From Haplodiscus bocki (taxonomy: Eukaryota): a stretch of DNA of 64,000 nucleotides. Location of the stretch: assembly GCA_965655095.1 (NCBI GenBank), contig OZ296648.1, positions 101,556,001 to 101,620,000 on the forward strand, in the 5' to 3' direction. The notes beneath the pieces are model-generated. The model was not told the DNA's origin, made no database searches, and saw only the letters and a program-made list of their open reading frames with translations. Positions within the stretch are counted from its first letter, which is position 1; every line of letters starts with the position of its first letter. This document shows, piece by piece, positions 42,819 through 55,115 of the stretch. Position numbers and translations under genes: made by a program.

Positions 42819-42996
42819 CAAGATTTCGAAACTTATCAGCGTTCATTTTGATGAACGATCGTTTCGAAGTCAACTCCGAAAGCATTCTGACTTTCTCTCC
42901 CAATGTTGAGCTCGGTTCTCTTGTGCTCAAGACGAAAGAGGCGAACAGCACAAAAGAAAGACATCCCAAAACTGCCAGACCGTCGTGCACCAACAT
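42819..42996 (-). CDS. MAGT1: MAGT1/TUSC3 exon 1 (signal peptide and start of lumenal domain)
   Basis: ATG 42996; hydrophobic signal then LGEKVRMLSELTSKRSFIKMNADKFRNL; donor G|GTAAGT at 42818. The three exons sum to 1077 nt (358 aa plus stop). Confidence 0.9.
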
Positions 42997-43179
42997 CAAT
43001 CTGAAAAACTAATTTGTTTCAGAGCCAGTGAATAAATCGCACTCTTAACAGATCAAAATTACAATAGTATATTTGACATTTAATTTGCCATGGTCAAAGT
43101 GCGTGAATAGATAAATTAGAGCAATAAACATTGCTAATGGATCGGCAGCAAGACACGCGTCTACCACTGAGATACTTCC

Positions 43180-43480
43180 CGCCCTCCAAGTTTGTCACAA
43201 ATGCTTTTTAGAAGGATGAGAGCGTTATTTTTGCAAGACCCTTTCCATTTTGCCAACTTTTCGAAAGTTACATTTTATAATTTTTTTTGCAATGTCTCAC
43301 TTTAGGTGAAGACAATTTGGAAAAAAATCATTTGATACGCATTCTACAGCAAATTCAAATTTTTATTCAAAAACCCATCTTTTCCAAAGAAACTCAAACT
43401 GCGTACGTATTTGAGAAAATTTTATAGTGCAATCGCATTGTACGTAAAATTTGCTATAATTTGGTGATTAAAAAATTCAT
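43180..43480. repeat. Dispersed non-coding repeat, copy 2 (copy 1 at ~27050-27420)
   Basis: Same shared blocks as copy 1. Confidence 0.7.
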
Positions 43481-46400
43481 TCAACCGTAGGATGTTTTCG
43501 ATACGCAAACGAACGAAAGAGCTGAACATTGGCTTCAAGTGAACGTTCCTAATAAATACAGAGCCTTAAAAACGCTTCCCAGAAAAGACTCGCTTCAACA
43601 GCTGTCAAACTATCTGGAAAAATTATGAACATTTATCCAAAAAAAATTCTATCTAGGCGTAGCATTTTGAAGCCATTCTGTAGTGAAAACCACATCAAAA
43701 GGATGCTAAAACAAAAAAGAACTTGATACAAATTGAGCCACGCTTAGAAAAGGGCTGGACGTAGCAAGACTTAGTGAATATACTTGAGATTCTTTCGCTG
43801 TCAGTAAAATGCAAAAAAATCCACGAGAAGACAAAGTACTTTCGTCAAAGTTTTAACATAAATTAGCAAGTTGTTAGCGCCATCCCACCCTACTCTTCAT
43901 TGTGTCTCGGTTTTCTCTCCTAGCATTTTAGTCCAGAAAAAAAGTGGCTTTTTTCCAGTGAAAATAGTCGAAAAATCAGCTTTTTACAATAAAATGCATT
44001 TCGGAGACTGTTACATCTCCGAAAAAATCAACAAACAGAAGTTTGACACTGAGAGCACATTTGGTTTTCGTTCAGGCTCGAAAATTTCCTATGCCGGGAG
44101 TTAGGCGCGCTGAGAAGACAAGTTTTGTTTAAAGACTCTAATTTCTGAGTCAAAACATGATTTTGGGGTCACTTTCCAGATGCCTGAAATTTTTAGCAGT
44201 TTTTGATAAGCCTTCGGCAACATATAAAAGTATCAGACATCATTCAAACAAATTACGAGGCAGTGAGGTACAGATCGGCGATACTAAAGCTAAAATGTTC
44301 CAAGTTTTAGGGATAAAGTTCAGGGCTCCAAGTTGTTCTGGCAGAAACCTTTTTTCAGCGAAAATTTAACTCGGATTTTTTGGAACTCTTTTGCAGCACT
44401 ACTTTGCTAAACGCGTGGTATGTTCTCCCAAATATGCACCTATGGTTTCCAATTCCGCCCTAATGCGATGACTACGGAGATCATCCTTACAAAACATTGG
44501 GGGGAAACTCGATTATTGGAGTTTCCAAAAGAACACGGACTGTTTGCAATTTTTGGACAAACCAATCATTGGCGAAAACTTTTTATAAGAAGAAAAGTTT
44601 CTTTTTAAAAACTATCGAAGCAGTGCAAAGCATCATCACAAGTTGTTGATGTATCAGAGGTACCAGAGCGAAAAACAAAACTGAAACTTTCGAAGTGTTT
44701 TCACCAAAAAACCCATTAGGGTGCAAACTTTCGAAGAGTCACTCTATTTCGACGAAATAAATTGACTCGTTTTTGGGTACTTTCTGAGAAGGTCTAATGC
44801 CCGGAAAAATCTACTCACAAAGGACCGACGAGGTACAATAAATTGAGACTTCAACCAATTTTCCACAAAAAACTGAAATTCTCTACTGCTATTCTATCTG
44901 TGATGAATAATTTGCACACACGATTGGAGCTTTGACTAAAACAATTGTAGATCCAGTGGAACATGAATCATGTAGACGAGGTCGATACTGCGTAAGAACA
45001 GTACATTTTGGGCCAAAAATTCCCAAACGTCTGCCCAAAAAATTCGGAATTTCAAAATGTTCTGTATAAAAGCGCGTGTTGGCAAAAATTTGTAGCCATT
45101 AAAAAACAGTACATGATCGTTCACAACTTTTTACGAAAAGGTTTTGGTAACCACAAAGAGTTTCAGCTATATAGGTAATTCGAAAAAAATTCCGAGAGAT
45201 GTCAAGTTTTCTGCTTTAACTTTAGGCAGTCCGAACTTGAACGTTGCAGCAATAAATTACCGAACGAGGTAGCAACCAAAACAAAAGCAACTTCTAATAC
45301 CGCCTCTTTCTGCGTAACTGTAAAACAAACCCCCGACCACCATTTTCTAATCGTCATCAACCTGCCAACAACATTAAACTGTTGCTTTCTTCGTGGGAAA
45401 AAATATACCTGGAATGAACTGGAACAATTAATTGTCGAACGTCAAAGAAAACGTGAGATTCTCTTCAATCTGAACCATAAACAACACACTGAAATTCACA
45501 CCCATTTAATCGCTATTATACTCGATTTGTTTTCAACAAAACGTTCTTTTATCGATATCCCGAACACTCAGCGCAATAGCCACTAAGAGCATTCAGATTC
45601 AGGCGGCTATGATGAGCTGAGAGTACCATTTCGCAAGATTAACAAATGCTTTTCACAGTATTTCTCACTTTGACGTCAACGGTCTATGCACAGAACCAGC
45701 AACTAATCAACTTGAATTCAATCACTAAACGAATGTCTACTTCTCCTCCTGGTACAATAACTTGACGGAATTTGTTCTACCTGTATATTGCGAAAACGAA
45801 GACGCTTAAGGCAACTCGCTTCTTGCATCTTATCTCTCTCACACGGTTTATCGGTACAAAATTAAACTTCCTGTCATTAACGCCAAAACGACTCCAGTAA
45901 GTGAATGGACAACTTTGGAAGCCCTTATTCAAAAGACTTCATTCGAAGAAGCCTCCATTGAATCTGAGAAAGTCAATTACTTCAAAAGTTTCGCACCGGA
46001 GTTGCTATCCTCAAAATGGTATTATCACCAAAATAGTCTTTTTCTAGTCTCTCCGATTGATATTTCCATCAATTGCGGTCACACAACTAGAAGTACCGAT
46101 AATACAAAACTTTCAGGATTAATTTTGTCTTAAAACTCATCATAAGAACAAAACGTTGAAAACGGAAAGCAAGGGCATCGATGTCTTTTGGAGTATACCA
46201 TCTGAAGAAAGATTGAAGGTATTTCAATCTTCCATCTCTATCCCGCATGGATCCGCAGCGTAGTATGCCAGTATGAAGCTAGCGGGAATTTTGGAGAAAA
46301 TGCAGTCTCTAGGAACGTCTTGGAATAGGAAATATGAGAAGTGGCTTAGAAGTTAGCAGCACCTCGTCCTTCTGATTTTAACCATATCGCCAACATTGCA

Positions 46401-47244
46401 GCTTCATGAATTGCTTCTGTTGATTGAGCCACTGAACGATCATTTTGATATTGATGAATATAGCTGCGTTCAGTTGAAATTTATATTATCAGCGCAAAAC
46501 AGCGAGAAAAGAGCGCAAAAGAAAGTTGCTACAGCCCGTTCCATCAAATTAACGGAAAAGCGAATCAAGCTTTTCTAGAGTGCATTGCATTTTTTTAACT
46601 GTATCCACACGAAGATACTGACTCTTCAGGACTAACTGTAATGAAAAGACTTGAAAAATCGGAAACTCCAAACGTTGTGACAAGCAATATCTACCTGCGG
46701 TCAACTTGGATTCGACTGACTTCACTTGTACTTACCTTTCTTTAGTGAACCATTCATGGAACATGACATCAAAACTGCAATTCATTCCTAGAGATTGGGG
46801 TTTTTTTCATGGTCTACCATCGGAGCATTTGCTGTCACACATTATGTTGTATACCCGCCAAAAAATATTTCGCTATATATATTTGACGATTTCGCAGATT
46901 TTGAAAAAAAGTTGATTTCGAAAAAAATGACATTCTGAAAATTGCTCCAGCTTATTCGATTTCACAATGTCAAAAAGTTGAAGCGAGTCACCCTGATCAA
47001 CTATTCATTGACAAAATCGAGCCCCTCGCTTTCAGGAAAAACTACTAGGGATATACCACAGCATTTTACATACATTACCTAAAACTTTTGTCAAATGCTG
47101 CAGACTGTCGACATTCAGACAGCGCATAAAGTGGAGTTAGAAGATGTTGACCGATTCTCCAACGAGGGAAAACCAAACAGAAAAAAAATCGATTCAAAGT
47201 GTTTTGCAATATTTCAACAACTCGACGGTGAAACTAAATGAAAC

Positions 47245-47310
47245 GTTCCTGCGAGAGTTGAAAATATCGAATGTAATGTTCCTGCGGGAGTTGAAAATAT
47301 CGAATGTAAT
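47245..47310. repeat. 33-bp tandem duplication gttcctgcg(a/g)gagttgaaaatatcgaatgtaat x2
   Basis: Direct reading. Confidence 0.9.
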
Positions 47311-48049
47311 AAGTCCCTAAAAACGGAATAGTATGATTTTCTCTGTTTGAAAAATTCATGCAATCAACTTTGAGTCAAAATGAAAAAAAAATATCCTCTG
47401 TATGTACGAATATATATGTGACATACCGAAAAACCCCAAATATTTATATATGTACGCACATTTGTGCAGATGTCCACGAACCAAAGACGCATTCCAATCT
47501 TAGAAGGCAATCCGAATCATGTCAGAATCGAACCTAATTGCTGTAATAAACTTATTGAACGGATCGATATGAATGTTTGAGCCTATCAAATATTATGTTG
47601 GGTAGCCCGCGAAGGATTTGAGAGCAGAAAATGACGATTAACGGAGACAGAGCACTTCTGGATCTGGAGACGATCTCTCATCTACCAGGTTGTACCATTC
47701 CATTCAAGATATAACCCTTGCAATTTCCCTATTCCCCCCTCAAAAAACTATCAATTAATTAATAGTTTAATTATTAATTTTACTAATACACTTTTTCTTA
47801 ATTGTTGCTGTCACCCTTTCATTGCTTATGCAGGGTACAGGCAGCAGATTCAAACCGAAGAAAGTCCGAGATTTTTACAAAAGATAATACTGGGTACCTC
47901 AAGAGCGAAATACATCAAACCATCAAGTCAAGTCAAGTCAACAGTACATTCGAACAAAGGAGCAACGTTGATCAACAATTGCAAAGAAGTTGAAAATTAA
48001 GCGCCAAATAGGTGAAAGTCTGTCACAATCATAGCTGGTTTCAACGACC

Positions 48050-50900
48050 ACTAATCCTAATCAAATGTACCAAATGCATGGAAGTATTCAAGGAATCCTA
48101 TTTTTGAAAAGATTAACCCTGATATTCTTACACTTCCAAAAACCATCGTTTCTGCTAAAAATCACCTTATCAATGATTTTTTTTAATTTAACCACTATCA
48201 AAAATCATTCCTCGAATGGTGTTTTTCCAAATTTCTAACCTATTCACCCAGTTTCTAAGAAAGCACATGTTTATTTTGTAGGGACGGTCTTTATCTCTCG
48301 ATTGCTGGAAATCAAGCTGACACAAATCCGTTGTGCTATCTACTTTTTTTCCAATTAATTTTTTGATCGACCTTCCCTCTTCGATATGAGAAGTCAGACA
48401 CATTGCGTGATCTGAAAGAGACAACTGCACGGCGGTGGTTTCTGGTGCACTAAATGTTTTGGCTATCGCCACGTTTCATCCAGCAGTCTAAAGACTGGTG
48501 AAAAAAACTGCCAGCTTTATGGTTGCAAGAAAAACTATGCGGAAAATCAAACACTGCATCATCAAACTGCAGTCTCATCCGAATTTTCAGACCCTTGCTT
48601 CTAGACATTTCTAACAGACGACACAATAGGAAAAATTTTCGAAGATTACAACGAAGTTGTACACTGGAAACCCGTCCTTCTTTTCTCGGCAAAAACAAGG
48701 CAAGATACGAATTCGTCAACCAGCTCAACATACTCCTGCAACTTTTGACGGATAGAACAAGCCGGAGGAATGTCAGCAAGATGGCCACAATGGTATTACC
48801 GCACCTGGTTCCTGCGAAGATGAAAGATTCCTATGACGGATCGGTAGAAAAAACGATATCACGGAGAAAAGGCCAAGGAAAAGAGGCAGACATCCAAAAA
48901 TTGTCCAACGAAGCTAGGGTTCTCCAGTTTTGGTTGCCAAGAAACTCGAACAAAAACGATAACAGTGAGATGAAGCAGTTCAACAGGATGATGGGTGCGG
49001 GTTAAGAACCCTAGTGTCATCGGTTAGTTCGCAGAAGAGCATTCTGTTATCACAGAATGTATAGCACAGGATCTCCTCGAACTCGGATCCAAAAAGCAAC
49101 TCTGCTTTGGACAAAAAAGCGCAACTGAGCCCATGCACTCACTCACCAAAAAGTTTGAAGAGAGCTATACCGAAGCACTTCTCCTATTGGAAGCAGAAAA
49201 TATCTTCAAATCGTTGAACCGCGAACTGGCGATGAAGAACTGCCAACTTCAGTGTCCCCACCTGTATCACCCAATATACAACTCCTACTCCAAAGCTTCT
49301 GCTCTGTTCGTCAATCAGAAGAAACTGCTGTCACGAGAAGACAAAACACAGGGCGACCCCCTCGCTATGACAGAGTATGGTATCAAAATTTTGCCGGTAA
49401 ACGAAAGAAAGGGAATGAATAAAGCAGCGGTGGTACGCATCAGCAGCAGGAAAGTTGAAGGAAGTGCACAACATACTCGACAACGTCAAAAAACATGGAA
49501 AAAACGTCGTATTTAAGGTGAAACCTTCAAAATTCCACATCGTTCTCGAAGAAGCCACCATCACTAAAGCCAGAACAGTCTTCCAGGGGACATCAATCAA
49601 TTCCACAGGTTTTTAAAGAGTCCTGTGCTTTATCATTGGAAACCAAAAGTCCTGTGAACATTACGCTTAATAAAAAGCAGACAAAGACAAAAACAGCATG
49701 AAATAATCTCAACCAGCGACCACATCGCCACAAAACACGTACTCTTGTCTGACAGATGTCCAAGAAAAACTGTTTTTCTTGTACAGATCAACACCAAACT
49801 TGGTGAAAGTGTTTGGCTAAAATGAGTAAACCCTCACGATTAAAGTCATTCCAGCCCTCGTAGACAAACCAACAATATCAGACGAGGGTCGGGATTTGTT
49901 TTCAGCACCACTCAAGATAGGCGGGCTAAACATCTGAAAACCAACAGGCCATTGCGATGAATATTTATGGCCTGAAAACATTGTAGAATACCTAAAAGTT
50001 GAACATTTTGGAAGCAACACGAAAACGAAAAGAAACTTCAGTTGAAATTGGACGGAAAAAACCTACAAGCGGAAAGTCAAAAAAGACAAACTACAGAAAG
50101 GCTAGTTGAAAAGAAACGCCAATTGGTTGAAGTGACCTCAGAAAAAAGTGCATCAAATTGGTTGAATGTCCTGCCTCTAACAAAATATGGCTTCAACTTG
50201 AAGAAGTCCGAATTTGGAGATGGATAACGCTTGAGATACGGAATTAAGCCCAAAATGCTATCTAAAACTTGCCCATATGGCAAGGATTTCACGATAGCCC
50301 ATGCACTGCATTGTCCTAAAGGTGGATATACACACTTACGCCACAGCGAAATCAGGGAAACCATTGCGAAAGTCATGAAAGGTGTGTACCACGATGTCGA
50401 ATTTGAACCTCTTCTTCAACCGTTGCAGGGCAAAAGCTTTGACAACAAGCCAACCACAAAAAAATAAGAAGCTCGGTTAGACATTAAAATGAATGGGCTA
50501 TAGGGACACCATTTAACTGGATGCTTCTCCGATGTGAATACCTTTCACCCGTTTGCCAAACGTCGAAAACGTTACGTGATTTCTACAAAAATCACGAAAA
50601 CCTGTTGAAAAAAATTGAAGTAGCAGCAACGCTTTTTTGGATGTCGAACAAAGCGTTTTTCTTCCCCACTAATCTGTTTAGGCACAGGTGGCTCTGCGCC
50701 CGGTGCAGCAAAAGCAATGCAACGACACGCGGAGCATAGGGAAAGAAGGTCGGAATCAATTGCCGACGCCATAAATTACTTCCAAAGCGAAGTGGGCCTT
50801 GCTCTTCTCCGTAGCTCGGTTCTTTGTTTGAGGGGCTGCCAATCAATAAAAAGGAATGAGCCACAAGAAAATTCAATTCGAACGACTTTTCCAAGAAGAA
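48050..50900 (+). mobile_element. Degenerate CRE-like non-LTR retrotransposon (RT plus restriction-like endonuclease)
   Basis: EAENIFKSLNR...CP, TQGDPLAM (RT), SASNWLNVLPL..GFNL.K.EF.D, RYG...CP.G..FT..HAL.CPKGG...RH.EIR (CCHC), ARLDIK (RLE) and C-terminal ALLRSSVLCLRG. Confidence 0.85.
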
Positions 50901-50999
50901 AGTTTGTAATTCCGAGTGCAAATTTATAACGTGAACCGTAAATTCCTGCCCTCCTGTTGTTTTGAATAAGTAAGCGGACCGTTCAGTCATTTTTTGCCG

Positions 51000-53900
51000 G
51001 AGACGTGAAGCATGCAACATATCAACGAACCGAACCCTGAGATATTCTCTATGACATAGTTGTTTCTTTTTCGCATCTCCAGGAGTCCTGCCTTCTCGCA
51101 GATCTTACAACTTTCGAGCTTAACTTATTTCTCTTCAAGTCATCATATGTAAGTTGCTTGAAATACCGATTTGCAAAGTCCCCTTATTTCATGCGTCCAA
51201 AACGTTAAGAGAAAAAATCTCATGTCAGCCATCAACACTAAAAGAACTACTAGCCATGTTCCGGAGAGAAACGCCAGAGATACTTTCGAAGACGCCTGCC
51301 AATCCAAAGTTGACGTCAAAGTTGATTAGACTGTCCATTTTTTTGTTCGGCAACTTCCGAGTGAACATGTGACCATCCAAAAATCCCTCAGGGCTGCCGG
51401 CAGGCAAAGTTTTTCTGGCTACGGAGACTCAAGACTTCATCCGTGGTTATCCAACCAAAAGTTGATGAGAACAAAGTAACTTCAAGCGGTGATTGAGCAT
51501 TGAAAAATTTTGTTGCATGGAAGGACAACAATTTGACAGACATCGAGAGAAAGAAGATCAGCCGTAAGCTGAAAAGAGTGGCTGTTGCATCTTCCGTGTC
51601 ATGGACCGCTGGTAAATACATATCCTAATAACGAGAATTGGCAAATCAAAAACGACCAACCACCGAAAAACAAAAACAAAACCCAAAATAAGAACAGCTG
51701 GAACAAACTGATGCTAAAAAGTCAAAAACCTTGCGCCCCGTTCGACCCAAGAATTGTCTGCCAAATCTGTGTTAAAAGGGGAAACTCAACTCTTGCTTGC
51801 AAATACTAAAAATCAGGCAATGCCCTATAAAGTCTCCCGCAACAGCGAGTAGCAACAGACGAAATCCGAGGCGGGTCTGACTCGGTTTCATACAAAAACA
51901 GAACAATATGGTGTCCACTGTGACGCATCGCAATTCGGAGAGAACGCTAATTATTGAAAGTTCTATAAAGACATTGTCTATGTCATTCCACTCCAACTAC
52001 TCATAAAAAATTGCTATACATAGTATCGTTTGTTAGCTATTCTACAATTAAGAACGACTCGAGTCAGACCAAAAAATCAAGAAAAACAAAATAACTAAAT
52101 GTAGTCGAAAGACGCCAGCCTTTCTGTAGCACGAAAAATCCATAGTCAGATTCACGATGAAATGGTTCGCAGACGACAAATACATTTTCACCAAAGCAGA
52201 CTTAAGAGCCAGCCGAGAGAATGCGATTGTTTACATGACGAGCACAGCAGTAAAGAGCCACTCAGCACTACATAGCCCAGCTGCTACGTCAATTGGTAGC
52301 ATGTACACCAAAAGCGATAAAATTGAAACGAAGACTGCATCCTCAGTCAAAATGATTCTTAACAGGAAAACGAATCAAGCGGACAATAATGCATTACGGC
52401 TGATCGCAGCAACTTTTCCACTGAGCAAAAATGACCGCATAGTCTACCCTTGTTGAAGTGCAAAAAAATGAAGAACAAAAAAACACGCAGTACTTGACCC
52501 GGGTGCCATCAAACGCGCCCTCTCAGGGGCCAAACTCAAAAGACTCTCGCCACGCTACTTCTGTATCATTACAGGAATTGCCACTACCAGACTGCTAGAC
52601 AATTAAACACTAAATGCCATTAGAGGATTTGTCCGTGTTGGAAAACAAGTTCTTCTCCGATTTTTTTGTGGCCGGAGTAGTGTTCGAGGAAATGATTTTG
52701 GTCCTCCCGACAATGAGGGAAAATTCAATTGGGAAAATCGTTTTCCAAAAACTACTCAGTATTGGTTGACTTCAGTAATCACTTAGTGAACTTCGCTGAT
52801 TGTTCATTGGAACACAAACAGGCCAACGGAGATTACAAATGTGACCTGTATGAACTCAGGTTGGCCCAGAAAAAAAGCCAGCCAACTTACCTCCAATTAC
52901 TTCACCCATAGTGCAGAAAGGAATCGATCCGTTCGACCGCTGATATGTAGAGGCCACGCCATCGGTCACACGGAAAGCAACATGTTCATTCGCTGCATTG
53001 GTTCGCCTCGAGATCGGCAGTGCAGTTCTCCAGGTGACTAATTCACGTGCTCGCGCACTAGTTCAGTCAGTGAAAAGTACTTGCAGTTTGTCCCTCCTCA
53101 CACCCAATCAGGCCAAAACATCACACCTCTAACTCCTGAACACTGGGCGTCTTTCCACACCATCCAAAGGACGCAATTGTCAAATGGATTGATCAACCAA
53201 TTGCATCGCGGCAACAAGAGACCCACGGACGTCAAGTATGACCTAACGCCGGGAACATGCAGTAAACCTCAAAACTCAATCTGCTCTACCGAAGAATTTC
53301 GATTGAACATTCAAAATAGAAGTCGAATGATTCTCAACTCAGATTGGATAAACGACAGCAAATAGAATATCTGTTGACTAAGTATCACAACATTTTTGCA
53401 CGTCATATTTTGAAAATACGCTTAAACACGGAAAAATGTTTGAACGCACAAAGTGCACGTATTCCGACTAATCTTCGGCATGAGAGTCCAGTCGAGATAA
53501 TTTTGATGCAGGAAGACGTTGACATAACAAATTTACCTTCCAGCAAGTCTTCGTCAACCATCTGTTCAAAGTGTGAACCTAACGGAGAATCAGAAGTTCC
53601 AGAGAATCTGGACGTAGTATTAATTTCTTGTAGCCTGATTGAAGAGAACACGATCACCTTGTTCCTACTGCCGCCAAAGCAGCCCATAACAAATCAAGGC
53701 AGTGGTACTTTTGCCAATTTAGACAAATCCCAGACATACGATAAATTGCAAACGGCTAACAAATTGTCCGTCTAGTTATTGTCCTGTAACATCGCCTCTA
53801 GGATTTTTGCGTACAAAAAGTTAGAAGAAAGTTAGAAGATAGACGGCACAGAGTATAAAACTATCCCTGTCTGTTTTCACTGGTTTCGTTCGCGACTACT

Positions 53901-54053
53901 TGCATAGAATTTTGAAGTGATTAGTCTGCACAGTACCTTGATAACATTGGAGTAGCTAAACACAGAAACACACACACACACACAAACACACACAGACACT
54001 CACAAGGACACCACAGTAACTCATTCACATTTTGCAACTTGTCTTCCAATGCC
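51000..54053 (+). mobile_element. Highly degenerate Gypsy-type LTR element (gag, protease, RT), cut off at the LTR of the adjacent env element
   Basis: Zinc-knuckle-like CQICVKRGNSTLAC, protease-like AVLDPGA (~52490), RT N-terminus IPTNLRHE..VE..LMQ...SK.SS.I...PNG, and YxDD-like QYLDNIGVA (~53930-53958) interrupted by a CA repeat. Confidence 0.7.
53959..54003. repeat. Imperfect (CA)n microsatellite
   Basis: aacacagaaacacacacacacacacaaacacacacagacactcac. Confidence 0.85.
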
Positions 54054-54056
54054 TCT

Positions 54057-54570
54057 TTTAAGATCGAGCCGGTCGCAAGCTCTAAGATCGTACTTCTTTT
54101 ATGTTTCGTAGTGATTTCTTTAAGCCTGAGCGGGTATTTAGTATTCTCAAAGTATTTCAGAATCAATGTTCTTGTTGGATGCGAGGTCCCGCGGTTTGAC
54201 TTGCTACAAGTGATCTGTTCTACAACTCTTCAAGCTATCGAAGAATTGGTTAGTTTTGCAGATTTTTGAATTCAACTTTCTGTACTGCGTCGCCGCTTGT
54301 TATATATCAAATTTTATATGTGCCGAAGTTAATGATAAGAGATAATTTAAATCATGAGGTATTTCCGTAATCTGACATATTTATCTAAATTAAGCATCAT
54401 TATGACTCTAAGATGAGTTCTAAAGTTTGAGTTCATCGAAAGAATGTGCCGTCATTAAATGATTGAAGGGTGATAAAGAGATTAGGAGATTAGGAGTTTT
54501 GAGTTTAAATGGGCGTTCTTCTCAAATGGACTTTGCTTTCAGCATTCCGATCGTAACATGGAATGCTACA
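54057..54570 (-). repeat. Putative 3' LTR of the env element (left boundary approximate)
   Basis: Minus strand: polypurine tract-like AAGGAGGGTAG (54581-54571) immediately followed by TGTAGC at 54570; TATATAA at 54306-54300; older Gypsy RT coding resumes at about 54053. The second LTR is outside the window, so this is not confirmed. Confidence 0.55.
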
Positions 54571-55115
54571 CTACCCTCCTTGCTGTTACTTCGCCGCTGG
54601 TTACTTCATGAAGAAGGAGAAGTTCATCTGCTATGGAAGAAGCCAACCCAAACTTGCATTAGTATAATTCCACATTCCAAAACCAAAAGGTGTAGTCAAT
54701 TACAGTGTATTGTTTTCCAAAATGTATCCAAAACAGTAGAGTCTTAACCATTGTAGGAGAAAAAGGATATTGTATTCAGTTGAGATTCCATCGGATGTTT
54801 TAAGTGAAGAATATTCATTGTCCAAAGAAGAAAAATTGTATCCAAGAGAGCATCCAGAATAAATGAAGAGGGTATTGAAAATGTTGAGAAACCAAAGAGT
54901 TCATCCAGAATATGTGATGTAAAGATTGCCAGCACACAGTCTTCTAGTCCCAGAGAGAGTTTTATATTTTATAAGTTTATTTGCACCACAGTTGAAGTGA
55001 ATAAAATGAGTTCAGTTAAAGATAAAATGAAGTCAATAAAAATGATCCGCTTGAAAATTTAAGAGAAATGGTCCCTTTTCCACGGATTGGAGAAAAGACG
55101 TCCATTGCACAGCTT

